DNA of 39,626 bases from a bacterium (lineage in GTDB: Bacteria; Myxococcota; Kuafuiibacteriia; Kuafuiibacteriales; Kuafuiibacteriaceae), in assembly GCA_030426505.1 (NCBI GenBank), contig JAUHYN010000001.1:1-39626 (forward strand), written 5' to 3'. Below, piece after piece: positions 16,728-25,227 of the stretch (its first letter is position 1; every line of letters begins with the position of its first letter). Both the position numbers and the translations under genes were made by a program. The notes below the pieces were generated by a model that was not told where the DNA came from, searched no databases, and saw nothing but the letters and a program-made list of their open reading frames with translations.

Positions 16728-19700
16728 ATGACCATGACCTCAGACCCCATCGCGATCGTCGGCATCGGTTGCCGCTTCCCTCGGGCCAAGGACGCCGACC
16801 AGTTCTGGAGCCTCATCGCGCGCGGCGAGACCACGTTCTCACGCGTGCCGGCGGACCGGTGGAATCACGAGGCGTTCTACTCGAAGAGCCAGCGCGACAT
16901 CGACAAGGCGTGGGTCGACGCCGGGTCGTTCCTCGAGGAGTACCGGGAGTTCGCCGCGATGCACTACGGCATCGCGCCGCGGCGCCTTGAAGTCATGGAC
17001 CCGCAGCAGCGCCTCCTCATCGAGATGACGCGCTCCGCGATTCAAGACGCGGGCTACGAGCTCAAGGGGTTCGAACGCAAGAACACCGGCGTGTACGTCG
17101 GCGTCTCCATCAGTGAGTTCCAGAGCATCATCCAGGCGCGCATGGGCGCCATGCGCATGATCAGCGGTGAGTTCGGCGGCGCGGCCGGGAACCAAGAACT
17201 CATCGACGCCATCCTCGCCCTCTCCGCCAACATCGCGCCGATCCGCGCCTTCACGCTCAGCGGTAATCTCACCGCGCTCGCCGCCGCAGCCGTCGCGCAG
17301 GTCCACGACCTGGGCGGACCGGCCTACACACTCGACTCCGCGTGCGCCTCGGCGTCGCTCGCCGTCCACGACGCGGTCACGCAGCTGCGCGCGCGGCAGG
17401 TCGACGCCGCCGTCGCGGGCGGCGCGTACGTGAACCTCGCGCCCGACAACCTCGTCGCCTTCACGAAGATCGGCGCCATCAGCTCGACCGGCGCGTGCCG
17501 CCCGTTCGAAGCGCGCGCGGACGGCTTCGTCCAGAGCGACGCGGTCGGCCTCGTGTTCCTCAAGCGCCTCGAAGACGCGCTCTCGGACGGCGACCGGGTC
17601 CACGCCGTGATCCTCGGGTCCGGCGCCAACAACGACGGCCGCGGCGAAGGCCCGATGACGCCGAAGGTCGACGGCCAGCTCGACGCGCTGAAGCGCGCGT
17701 ACGCCGATGCAAACGTCTCGCCCGCGTCCGTCTCCTTCTTCGAGGCGCACGGCACCGCGACCACGATCGGCGACCCCGTCGAAGTCGAAGCGCTCTCCAC
17801 CCTCCTCGCCGCGCACGGCGTCGAGCAGGCGGACGCCCCGTGGCTCGGTTCGGTGAAGGGCAACATCGGCCACGCGATGTCCGCCGCCGGCATCGCCGGG
17901 CTGATCAAGGCGATCAAGGTCGTCGAGCACCGCACCGCGCCGCCGCAGCCGAACTTCGAGGCGCCCAACCCGGGCCTCGCGTTCGAGACGCGCCCGATCC
18001 GCGTCAGTGACCGCACCACCAAGCTCGAAGCTCGCCCCGATCGCTTGCGCGTGGGCGTGAGCTCGTTCGGCTTCGGCGGGACGAACTCTCACCTCGTCCT
18101 CGAAGAGGCGCCGGCCGCCGAGCGCCGCGTCGCCGTCGCCGTCCCACTCGCGACCGTCGCAGAAGAAGTCCTCCCGGAGGCCGTCCTCGTCACCGGCGCC
18201 ACGCGCGAGCTCCTCGACGCGCACCTCGGCGCGCTCGCCGACTGGCTCGAGGGCGATGGCGCCGAGTCCTCGCTCGCCGACGTCGCGTACACGCTCAACG
18301 CGCGCCGCACCCGCGAGCGCTTCCGCGCTGTCATCGGCGCGCGCTCCGGCGCGGAGCTGATCGAAAACCTCCGCCGCGCGGCGAAGGGCGAGGTGTCCAA
18401 GGACGTCGCCTTCTTCGACGTCGGCCTCGCCGACGACGCGCCGCAGAAGATCGCCTTCCTGTTCCCCGGCCAGGGCGCGCAGAAGGTCGGCCTGCTCGGC
18501 GCGCTCCGCGCGCGCTTCGCGTCGTTCGGCGCGACGTTCGACGCACTCTCCGCGGGCGCGAACCAACACCTCGACCGCCCCCTCGCGGACTACCTGTTCG
18601 CCGAAGACGCGACCGAGGACGCCCTCACCGCGACCGAGGTCTGCCAACCCGCGATGGCCGCGCTCGGCCTCACGCTCGACCGCCTCCTCGCCGATGCCGG
18701 TGTGCGCCCCGACGTCACGCTCGGCCACAGCCTCGGTGAGTTCGCCGCGCTCGCCGCGGGCGGCGCGATCGATCCGGCCGCCGCCGTCGAGCTCGTCGCG
18801 AAGCGCGGCGCCGCGATGCGCGCGCTCGACCTCGAGGACACCGGCACCATGGCCGCCGTGATGACCGACGCCGACACCGCGCGCGAGATCGTGCGGGACG
18901 TCGAGGGCGTCGTCGTCGCGAACGTGAACCACCCGCGCCAGACCTCGATCTCCGGCACCACCGCGGGCGTGAAGGCCGCGCTCGAGGCGTTCGCCGCGCG
19001 CGGCGTCGACGCGAAGCCGCTGTCCGTCTCGCACGCCTTCCACTCGCCGCTCCTCGACGGCGTCGACACCGCTGTGCGCGGGCTCCTCGACGACGTCGCG
19101 CTGAACGCGCCCTCCACCGTCGTCGCCTCGTGCATCGCCGCCGAACCGCACGGCGGCCCCGACGCGATCCGCGAAGTGCTCGTCGCGCATGCGACCGCGC
19201 CCGTGGAGTTCGTGCGCGGCCTCGAGCAGGCCCGCGACGCCGGCGCGACGGTGTTCGTGCAGGTCGGCGCCGGCGCGATGCTCACCAGCTTCGCCCGCGC
19301 GACGCTCGGCGGTGCGCACACGCTCGTCACGCTCTCCACGAGCGACGACGACGGCGGGTACGAGTTCCTCCGCGGAGTCGCGACGCTCGCCGCGCTCGCC
19401 GCGCCCGTCGACTTCGAACCGCTCTACGCCGGCGAAGGCCGCCGCGTGGTCTCGCTCCCCGAGACGCCGATCGAGCGGCAGTCGTACTGGCCCGTGAAGG
19501 ACCAGCCGCAGCCCATCGCCGAGATGACGCCGCTCGCGCGCGAAGGCGTGCGTTCGGTCGCGCTCGCCGCGGCCGCGAACGTCGACACCGAGCGCGCCGT
19601 GCCGCAGTCGCTCGTCGAGTTGTTCGCGCAACAGAACCGCCTCCTGCAGCAGCAGGCGGAGGTGATGGCGCAGCAGAACCGCTTGCTCCTCGGCGGGGAC

Positions 19701-22700
19701 GCCGCCGGGTTCGACGCGGTCGCGATCGCGCCCGCGCCGACGGCGCTCCCCACGCCCGCGCCGATCGCCGAGCGCGTGGCCGCGACGATCGCGGAGCCCG
19801 AGCCCGCTGCGCCGGCACCCTCTCCCGAACCCGTCGCCGCCGAAGTACCCGCGGACGACGACGTGCGCGAACAGGTCTTCGGGATCGTCGCGAAGATCTC
19901 CGCGTTCCCGCGCGACAGCCTCCGCGGCGAGCAGCGCCTCGTCGACGAGCTCGGCTTCGACTCGCTGATGGTCGCCGACCTCGGCGGCGCGCTCGAGAAC
20001 TCGTACCCGAACCTCGGCGGCCTCCCGCCCGAGCTGTTCAACCTGAAGACCACGCTCCTCGACGTCGCGAACCACGTCGTGAAGACGGTGACCAACGCGC
20101 CCGCGACGCTGGCCGCCGCGGCCGAAGAGATCGAGGAGGCGCCGAAGGTCCCCGCCACCGCGTACCGCGTGAAGGCGGTCGTCCGCTCGCGCCCGGAGCT
20201 CGGCTTCGCGGACGTCACCGGTCAGACGTGGCTCGTCACCGAAGACGACACCGAAGCGAGCGCGGCGATCAGCGCCGAGTTGTTGAAGCGCGGCGCGACG
20301 GTCCTACGGGTGCGCTTCGCGCGCGACGGCGTCGCGGCGACCGCGCGCCTCGTGAAGAACGCGCTGAACCTCTGGCCGCAGTCGTTCGTCGACGGGCTGC
20401 CGGAGGCGATCGCGAACGTCGGCGTCACGCTCGACGGCTTCGTCCACGCGGCGTCCCTCGGGCTCGGCGACGCGTCCGACTTCGACAACCCGGTCGTCGT
20501 CCTGCACCCGCTCGTCGCGCAACTCGACGTGAAGCGCCTAGCGGTCGTCACCGGCCTCGGCGGTCGGCTCGGCCTCGAGCGCAGCCCGCGTCTCGCGCGC
20601 AACATCCTGCAGAGCGCGCTCCACGGGTACACGAAGTCCATCGCGCGCGAGCGCCCGGACACAATCGTCCGCGCCCTCGACGTCGACGACACGCTCCCCG
20701 CGGCGCAGATCTGCCGCTGGGTCGTGGACGAGCTCCTCGGCGCCGACCGCACGACCGCCGTCGGCTTCGACGGCGAACGTCACGTCGCCGAACTCGTCGC
20801 GGCGCCGGTCGGGCTCCCCGCGAAGCGCAAGATCGACAAGGACGACGTCGTCGTCATCACCGGTGGCGCCGGGGAGATCGGTTCGGTCGTCGCGCGCTGG
20901 GTCGCCGCGCAGAAGCCGAAGGCGCTCCTGCTCGTGGGCCGCCGCGCCCAGGATGACCGCATCTCGAAGCTGCTCGCGGAGCTCGGCGACAAGGCGATCT
21001 ACGTCGCCGCCGACGCCGCCTCGACCGAGGCCCTCCGCGCCGCCACCAAACCGCACCTCGAAGCGTTCGGGCCAGTGACCGTCGCGTTCCACGCGGCCGG
21101 CGTGATCGACGACGCCCCCGCCACGAAGAAGTCGGTGGCCAGCGTCGAGCGCGTGATGAACGCGAAGGTGAAGGGGATGCAAGCTCTCTTGCAGACCTTC
21201 CCGACCCTCCGCGACCTCGTGCTGTTCTCGTCGTGGGCCGGCCACTTCGGCAACGCGAGCCAGTCCGACTACGCCGCCGCGAACGAGCTGCTCGATCGCA
21301 TCGCGATCGCCGGCGTCGGCGCGACGCGCGTGCTCTCGCTGGCGTGGCCGCCGTGGAGCTCCACCGCGATGGTCGCGAGCATCCCGAAGGCGCTGCAGAA
21401 GGCGATGGCCTCGCAGGGCGTGACGTTCCTCGACGACGACGAGGGCCTCGAGCGCCTCGAGCGCGCGTTCGCGGAAGGAGCGCAGGGCCTCGTGCTCGTC
21501 GGCCGCGACCTCCCCGTCCGCGACACCGCGGTGCGCGCCGAGGTCGACTTCGCGACCGCCACGCACCCGTACCTCCTCGATCACAAGCTCAACGGGCGAC
21601 CCGTGGTCCCGCTCGCGTCGGCGACCGACCTCATCGCGTGGTCCTTCTCCGAGGCCGCGAGCACCGCCGGCTCGATGGTGGTGACGGACCTCGACTTGGT
21701 GCGCGGCGTGTTCGGCGACGACACGGTTCAGGCCACGCTCACCGGGCGCCGCACCGGCGAGACCGAGGAGGCGCGCGTCGAGCTCGCCGTCGGTGACTCC
21801 ACCGCGTACCGCGCGAGGGTCGCGACCGAACGCCTCCAGGATCCGCCCGAGCTCATCACGCTCACGGGCACCGTCGAGACGCCGCAGACCACGCTCGATC
21901 GCTTCTACGAGGCGCAGACCTTCCACGGCCCGATGCTCCGCGGCATCGAGTCGATCGAGCGGATGACCACGAACGGCATCAAGGGGATCGTGCGCACGTC
22001 GAAGATCGGCGAGTGGATCCTCGGGACGGAGCGCACCGGCTGGACGATCGATCCGCTGGTGGTCGACGGCAGCTTCCAGCTCGCCGGCTACTGGCTCTTC
22101 GCGCACCACGGCCGCGCCGGGTTCCCGATCGGCTTCGACCGCTTCGTGCTCGTGCGCCCATTCGGCGACCAGCCGATCCACTGCACGATCGAGCTCGACG
22201 CGATCGGCGACGACACGTTCGCCGGGCGCATCGTCTACACGAACAGCTCCGGCCAACTCTTCGGGTGGGTCGACGGGATCCGCGGACGCTTCGCGGAGCT
22301 CGCGCCGCAGACCAAGAAGAACGGCCACGAGACCGTCGTGGACGACGTCGCGCGCGAGGCGTGGGACATCGGCTCGTTCCCGGAGGTCGAGCTCCTCGAG
22401 CAGCGCTTCGAGATGGCGCGCCTCATCGGGCTCGACAACCCGTACTTCGCGATGCACGCGGGGACGGCGAAGGACACGAGCGTCATCGACGGCGTCGAGA
22501 TGCTCAACTACTCGAGCTACAACTACCTCGGCTTCTCCGGTCACCCGGAGGTCGTCGCCGCCGCGCAGGAGGCGATCGAACGGTACGGAACGTCCGTGTC
22601 GGCGAGCCGCGTCGCGTCGGGCGAGCGCCCGCTCCACCGCGACCTCGAGACGAAGATCGCGGACCACGTCGGCGTCGACGACTCGATCGTGTACGTGAGC

Positions 22701-23597
22701 GGACACGCGACGAACGTCACGACGATCGGGCACATGTTCGATCGCAACGACCTCATCGTCCACGACTCGCTGATCCACGACAGCATCCTCCAGGGCATCT
22801 ACCTGTCGGGTGCCACGCGTCGCCCGTATCAGCACGGCGACCTCGACGCCCTCGAGCGCACGCTGTCGCAGGTCAGGAAGAACTACCGCCGCGTGCTGGT
22901 GTGCGCGGAGGGGATCTATTCGATGGACGGCGACATCTGCGATCTGCCGCGGCTCATCGACATCAAGAAGCGCTACAAGGCCCTCCTCCTGATCGACGAA
23001 GCGCACTCGATCGGGGTCCTCGGCCACCAGGGTCGCGGGATCGCGCATCACTTCGACGGCCTCGACCCGCGCGACGTCGATCTGTGGATGGGCACGCTGT
23101 CGAAGTCGTTCGCGAGCTGCGGTGGCTACATCGCCGGCAGCGAGAAGTTGGTGCGGTACCTGAAGTACACCGCGCCGGGCTTCGTGTACTCGGCGGGTAT
23201 CACGCCGCCGAACGCCGCAGCGGCGCTCAAGTCACTCGAGCTCATGCAGAGCCACCCGGAGGTCGTCGAGCGACTCCGCGCCCGCTCGCGGTTCTTCCTC
23301 GACTACGCCAATCAGCGCGGCCTCGACACCGGGCTCGCGATGGGTGCGGCCGTGGTGCCCGCGATCATCGGCAACTCGATGGACTGCATGAAGGTGAGCC
23401 AGGCGCTCAAGAAGCGCTGCATCAACGTGCAACCGATCGTGTACCCGGCCGTCGAGGACGACGCGGCGCGCCTGCGCTTCTTCATCAGCGCGCTGCACTC
23501 CGAGGAGCAGCTTCGGCACACCGTCGATGTGTTGGTGGAGGAGCTGGCGAAGGTCCGTGCGGAGAGTGGCACGGACCAGCCGAGTGCTTCGGCGTAA
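16728..23597 (+). CDS. PfaA-like type I polyketide synthase fused to an alpha-oxoamine synthase: KS-AT-ACP-KR-DH-AONS (2289 aa)
   Basis: The track ORF is trimmed to ATG 16728 (MTMTSDPIAIVGIGCRFP). Approximate domain spans: KS 16743-18110 (Cys 17343-17345; EAHGTATTIGD; KGNIGH); AT 18447-19332 (GHSLGE Ser 18729-18731; HAFH 19032-19043); ACP 19863-20097 (GFDS Ser 19962-19964); KR 20169-21522 (GGAGEIG; YAAAN Tyr 21270-21272); DH 21534-22302 (HKLNGRPVVP His 21582-21584; DGSFQ); AONS 22374-23594 (YNYLGF, IDEAHS, GTLSKSF Lys 23103-23105). Confidence 0.95.
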   Translation: MTMTSDPIAIVGIGCRFPRAKDADQFWSLIARGETTFSRVPADRWNHEAFYSKSQRDIDKAWVDAGSFLEEYREFAAMHYGIAPRRLEVMDPQQRLLIEMTRSAIQDAGYELKGFERKNTGVYVGVSISEFQSIIQARMGAMRMISGEFGGAAGNQELIDAILALSANIAPIRAFTLSGNLTALAAAAVAQVHDLGGPAYTLDSACASASLAVHDAVTQLRARQVDAAVAGGAYVNLAPDNLVAFTKIGAISSTGACRPFEARADGFVQSDAVGLVFLKRLEDALSDGDRVHAVILGSGANNDGRGEGPMTPKVDGQLDALKRAYADANVSPASVSFFEAHGTATTIGDPVEVEALSTLLAAHGVEQADAPWLGSVKGNIGHAMSAAGIAGLIKAIKVVEHRTAPPQPNFEAPNPGLAFETRPIRVSDRTTKLEARPDRLRVGVSSFGFGGTNSHLVLEEAPAAERRVAVAVPLATVAEEVLPEAVLVTGATRELLDAHLGALADWLEGDGAESSLADVAYTLNARRTRERFRAVIGARSGAELIENLRRAAKGEVSKDVAFFDVGLADDAPQKIAFLFPGQGAQKVGLLGALRARFASFGATFDALSAGANQHLDRPLADYLFAEDATEDALTATEVCQPAMAALGLTLDRLLADAGVRPDVTLGHSLGEFAALAAGGAIDPAAAVELVAKRGAAMRALDLEDTGTMAAVMTDADTAREIVRDVEGVVVANVNHPRQTSISGTTAGVKAALEAFAARGVDAKPLSVSHAFHSPLLDGVDTAVRGLLDDVALNAPSTVVASCIAAEPHGGPDAIREVLVAHATAPVEFVRGLEQARDAGATVFVQVGAGAMLTSFARATLGGAHTLVTLSTSDDDGGYEFLRGVATLAALAAPVDFEPLYAGEGRRVVSLPETPIERQSYWPVKDQPQPIAEMTPLAREGVRSVALAAAANVDTERAVPQSLVELFAQQNRLLQQQAEVMAQQNRLLLGGDAAGFDAVAIAPAPTALPTPAPIAERVAATIAEPEPAAPAPSPEPVAAEVPADDDVREQVFGIVAKISAFPRDSLRGEQRLVDELGFDSLMVADLGGALENSYPNLGGLPPELFNLKTTLLDVANHVVKTVTNAPATLAAAAEEIEEAPKVPATAYRVKAVVRSRPELGFADVTGQTWLVTEDDTEASAAISAELLKRGATVLRVRFARDGVAATARLVKNALNLWPQSFVDGLPEAIANVGVTLDGFVHAASLGLGDASDFDNPVVVLHPLVAQLDVKRLAVVTGLGGRLGLERSPRLARNILQSALHGYTKSIARERPDTIVRALDVDDTLPAAQICRWVVDELLGADRTTAVGFDGERHVAELVAAPVGLPAKRKIDKDDVVVITGGAGEIGSVVARWVAAQKPKALLLVGRRAQDDRISKLLAELGDKAIYVAADAASTEALRAATKPHLEAFGPVTVAFHAAGVIDDAPATKKSVASVERVMNAKVKGMQALLQTFPTLRDLVLFSSWAGHFGNASQSDYAAANELLDRIAIAGVGATRVLSLAWPPWSSTAMVASIPKALQKAMASQGVTFLDDDEGLERLERAFAEGAQGLVLVGRDLPVRDTAVRAEVDFATATHPYLLDHKLNGRPVVPLASATDLIAWSFSEAASTAGSMVVTDLDLVRGVFGDDTVQATLTGRRTGETEEARVELAVGDSTAYRARVATERLQDPPELITLTGTVETPQTTLDRFYEAQTFHGPMLRGIESIERMTTNGIKGIVRTSKIGEWILGTERTGWTIDPLVVDGSFQLAGYWLFAHHGRAGFPIGFDRFVLVRPFGDQPIHCTIELDAIGDDTFAGRIVYTNSSGQLFGWVDGIRGRFAELAPQTKKNGHETVVDDVAREAWDIGSFPEVELLEQRFEMARLIGLDNPYFAMHAGTAKDTSVIDGVEMLNYSSYNYLGFSGHPEVVAAAQEAIERYGTSVSASRVASGERPLHRDLETKIADHVGVDDSIVYVSGHATNVTTIGHMFDRNDLIVHDSLIHDSILQGIYLSGATRRPYQHGDLDALERTLSQVRKNYRRVLVCAEGIYSMDGDICDLPRLIDIKKRYKALLLIDEAHSIGVLGHQGRGIAHHFDGLDPRDVDLWMGTLSKSFASCGGYIAGSEKLVRYLKYTAPGFVYSAGITPPNAAAALKSLELMQSHPEVVERLRARSRFFLDYANQRGLDTGLAMGAAVVPAIIGNSMDCMKVSQALKKRCINVQPIVYPAVEDDAARLRFFISALHSEEQLRHTVDVLVEELAKVRAESGTDQPSASA

Positions 23598-23602
23598 CCG
23601 GA

Positions 23603-23857
23603 TCAGACGCCGGGGATCGTGTGGTAGATGCGAACCTCGAGCGGCTGGGTGAACGTCACTTCTTCGACGTCCAGTGCGCCGGTCGCCATCGGCGCGTCTT
23701 CGATCTGATTCACGATGACGTAGGTGTCGTCGAACTCGAGGTGTTCGACGGAGGCCGCGTGTGACGTGGCGGCGGCGGGGGCGCTCGTGATCGCGAATCC
23801 GATCGCGAGCAGCGCGGGGGCGGAGAGGATAGCGAGGGCACGAATCATCTTCTTCAT
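23603..23857 (-). CDS. small secreted acidic protein (84 aa) of unknown function
   Basis: The track ORF is trimmed to ATG 23857, with an AAGGAGA ribosome-binding site on the minus strand at 23867-23873. The signal peptide is MKKMIRALAILSAPALLAIGFAITSAPAAA. Its stop lies 5 nt from the convergent PKS stop. Confidence 0.6.
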   Translation of the reverse strand: MKKMIRALAILSAPALLAIGFAITSAPAAATSHAASVEHLEFDDTYVIVNQIEDAPMATGALDVEEVTFTQPLEVRIYHTIPGV

Positions 23858-24054
23858 AGTGTCCCGTCTCCTTCGCATTCGCCGTGCCAGCGCGAGCGCG
23901 CGACGCGGCTCACGCGCCCCGACGAGGATCCGCGGACTTGCGCGACAGCGCTGAGGATCCGACGCGAGAAAGCGACAACGAAAATTCACCGCCGTCGTCG
24001 CGGCACCACGGTTCCGCGAGAGCGACCGCCGTCTGTTAGGCTGAGCGCGGACGC

Positions 24055-25179
24055 ATGTTCGTGACGCTCGTCGCAGCGCACCTGGCCGCCGCCTCGGCGC
24101 CGGGCCTACCGACCAACCGCACCTGGGATCGCCTGGACGGGTCGCGGGACGCCCGCGCCCGCTTCGTCCAGGTGGCGGCGGAGCTCGGCGAACAGACGAT
24201 CGTCCTGGACGGCGTTCAGTGGGACGCCGACCGATTCGCGAAGCTCGCCCGCGCCCACCCCGACGAGCCGTTCGTGCGGGTCGTGCGGGAGGCGATTCGT
24301 CGGCCGCTCGATCTCGAGGACTTCCTCTACTTCGTCGACGACGTGATGGTGGCCACGGCGACGAAGACGCGCTCCATCTGGTTGCCCGCGAGTCGCGCGC
24401 GGCGCGCTGGGATTTACGTCCACCCCGACGACGTCTTCGAAGGCGGCTCGCCGCGTCGCTACGGGGAGAAGGGCGACGCATTGGAGACGGACCGCCCGCG
24501 GCGGATCCGTCGCGTGGGGCGCGCCAAGGACGGCGAGCCGCTCGGGCCGCGGTGGTGCCGGCGGTTCCCGAACCCATCGGGGCGGCGCGCGAAGCTGGCG
24601 GCGCTGCGTCGGCTCAACCCCTCGAAGACGTTCCACCGCCGCGTGTGGAGCCTGATGCGGCAGCTGAAGCGCCAAGGCGCGTCGGTGCTGCTCTACTCGA
24701 CCGTCCGGGATCGGCGACGCGGGTACCTGATCTGGGGCGCATACTCGATGAGCCGGAAGACGACGGAGGCCGAGGTCGACGCGCACGTCGCGCTCCTCGA
24801 TTCGCTCCGCACCGAGTGGGACCTCGACGTCCCGATCCGGTGGCGACACCCCGACGGCTGGGAAGCGACGGTCGAAGCCGCGCGTCTGATGGCGGACGCG
24901 TACCACGTCGCGTTCGCGACGCGCTCCGGTGCGGAGTCGTCGAACCACTACGACGGCGTGGCGGTGGACCTGAACGTGTTCGGGCTGCCGCGATCGCTCA
25001 CGCTGACCGCACCCGACGGCGCGAAGCGGACGTTCGATCTCTCGGGCGCGGACGAGCCCCGGGATCTCAGCCTGACCCCGAGGCTCATCGAGTGGATCGA
25101 GGAACACTTCGGGATGTCGAAGCTGCGCGAGGACTACCCACACTGGGAGGACGCGCTGTCGCTCGCGAAGGAGGAGTGA
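24055..25179 (+). CDS. protein with C-terminal LAS/peptidase-M15-like (VanY / hedgehog-fold) metallopeptidase motifs
   Basis: It has SSNHYDGVAVDL (the S-x-H-x2-G-x-A-x-D type zinc motif) and a distal His in EDYPHWED. The N-terminal ~200 residues are very basic (RRIRRVGRAK, RRAKLAALRR) and I could not recognise them. Confidence 0.65.
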   Translation: MFVTLVAAHLAAASAPGLPTNRTWDRLDGSRDARARFVQVAAELGEQTIVLDGVQWDADRFAKLARAHPDEPFVRVVREAIRRPLDLEDFLYFVDDVMVATATKTRSIWLPASRARRAGIYVHPDDVFEGGSPRRYGEKGDALETDRPRRIRRVGRAKDGEPLGPRWCRRFPNPSGRRAKLAALRRLNPSKTFHRRVWSLMRQLKRQGASVLLYSTVRDRRRGYLIWGAYSMSRKTTEAEVDAHVALLDSLRTEWDLDVPIRWRHPDGWEATVEAARLMADAYHVAFATRSGAESSNHYDGVAVDLNVFGLPRSLTLTAPDGAKRTFDLSGADEPRDLSLTPRLIEWIEEHFGMSKLREDYPHWEDALSLAKEE

Positions 25180-25227
25180 GCGCAGGGCCGCCTTTTCCGG
25201 CCTCCGGGTCCGCGCTACAAACGCGGC

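Noticed and set aside
16839-23051. Very long antisense ORFs opposite the PKS (16839..20075, 1078 aa; 20538..23051, 837 aa)
   Set aside because: Their translations are Arg/Gly/Asp/Glu/Val-rich low-complexity strings with no motifs. The plus frame carries a complete set of KS/AT/ACP/KR/DH/AONS motifs. Open antisense frames are expected in DNA with GC-saturated third positions.
23924-23961. A direct repeat GAGGATCCG (23924-23932 and 23953-23961) in the divergent region before the M15-like gene
   Set aside because: A 9-mer occurring twice in GC-rich DNA may be chance. I found no flanking symmetry or a third copy. It is noted only as a possible operator.
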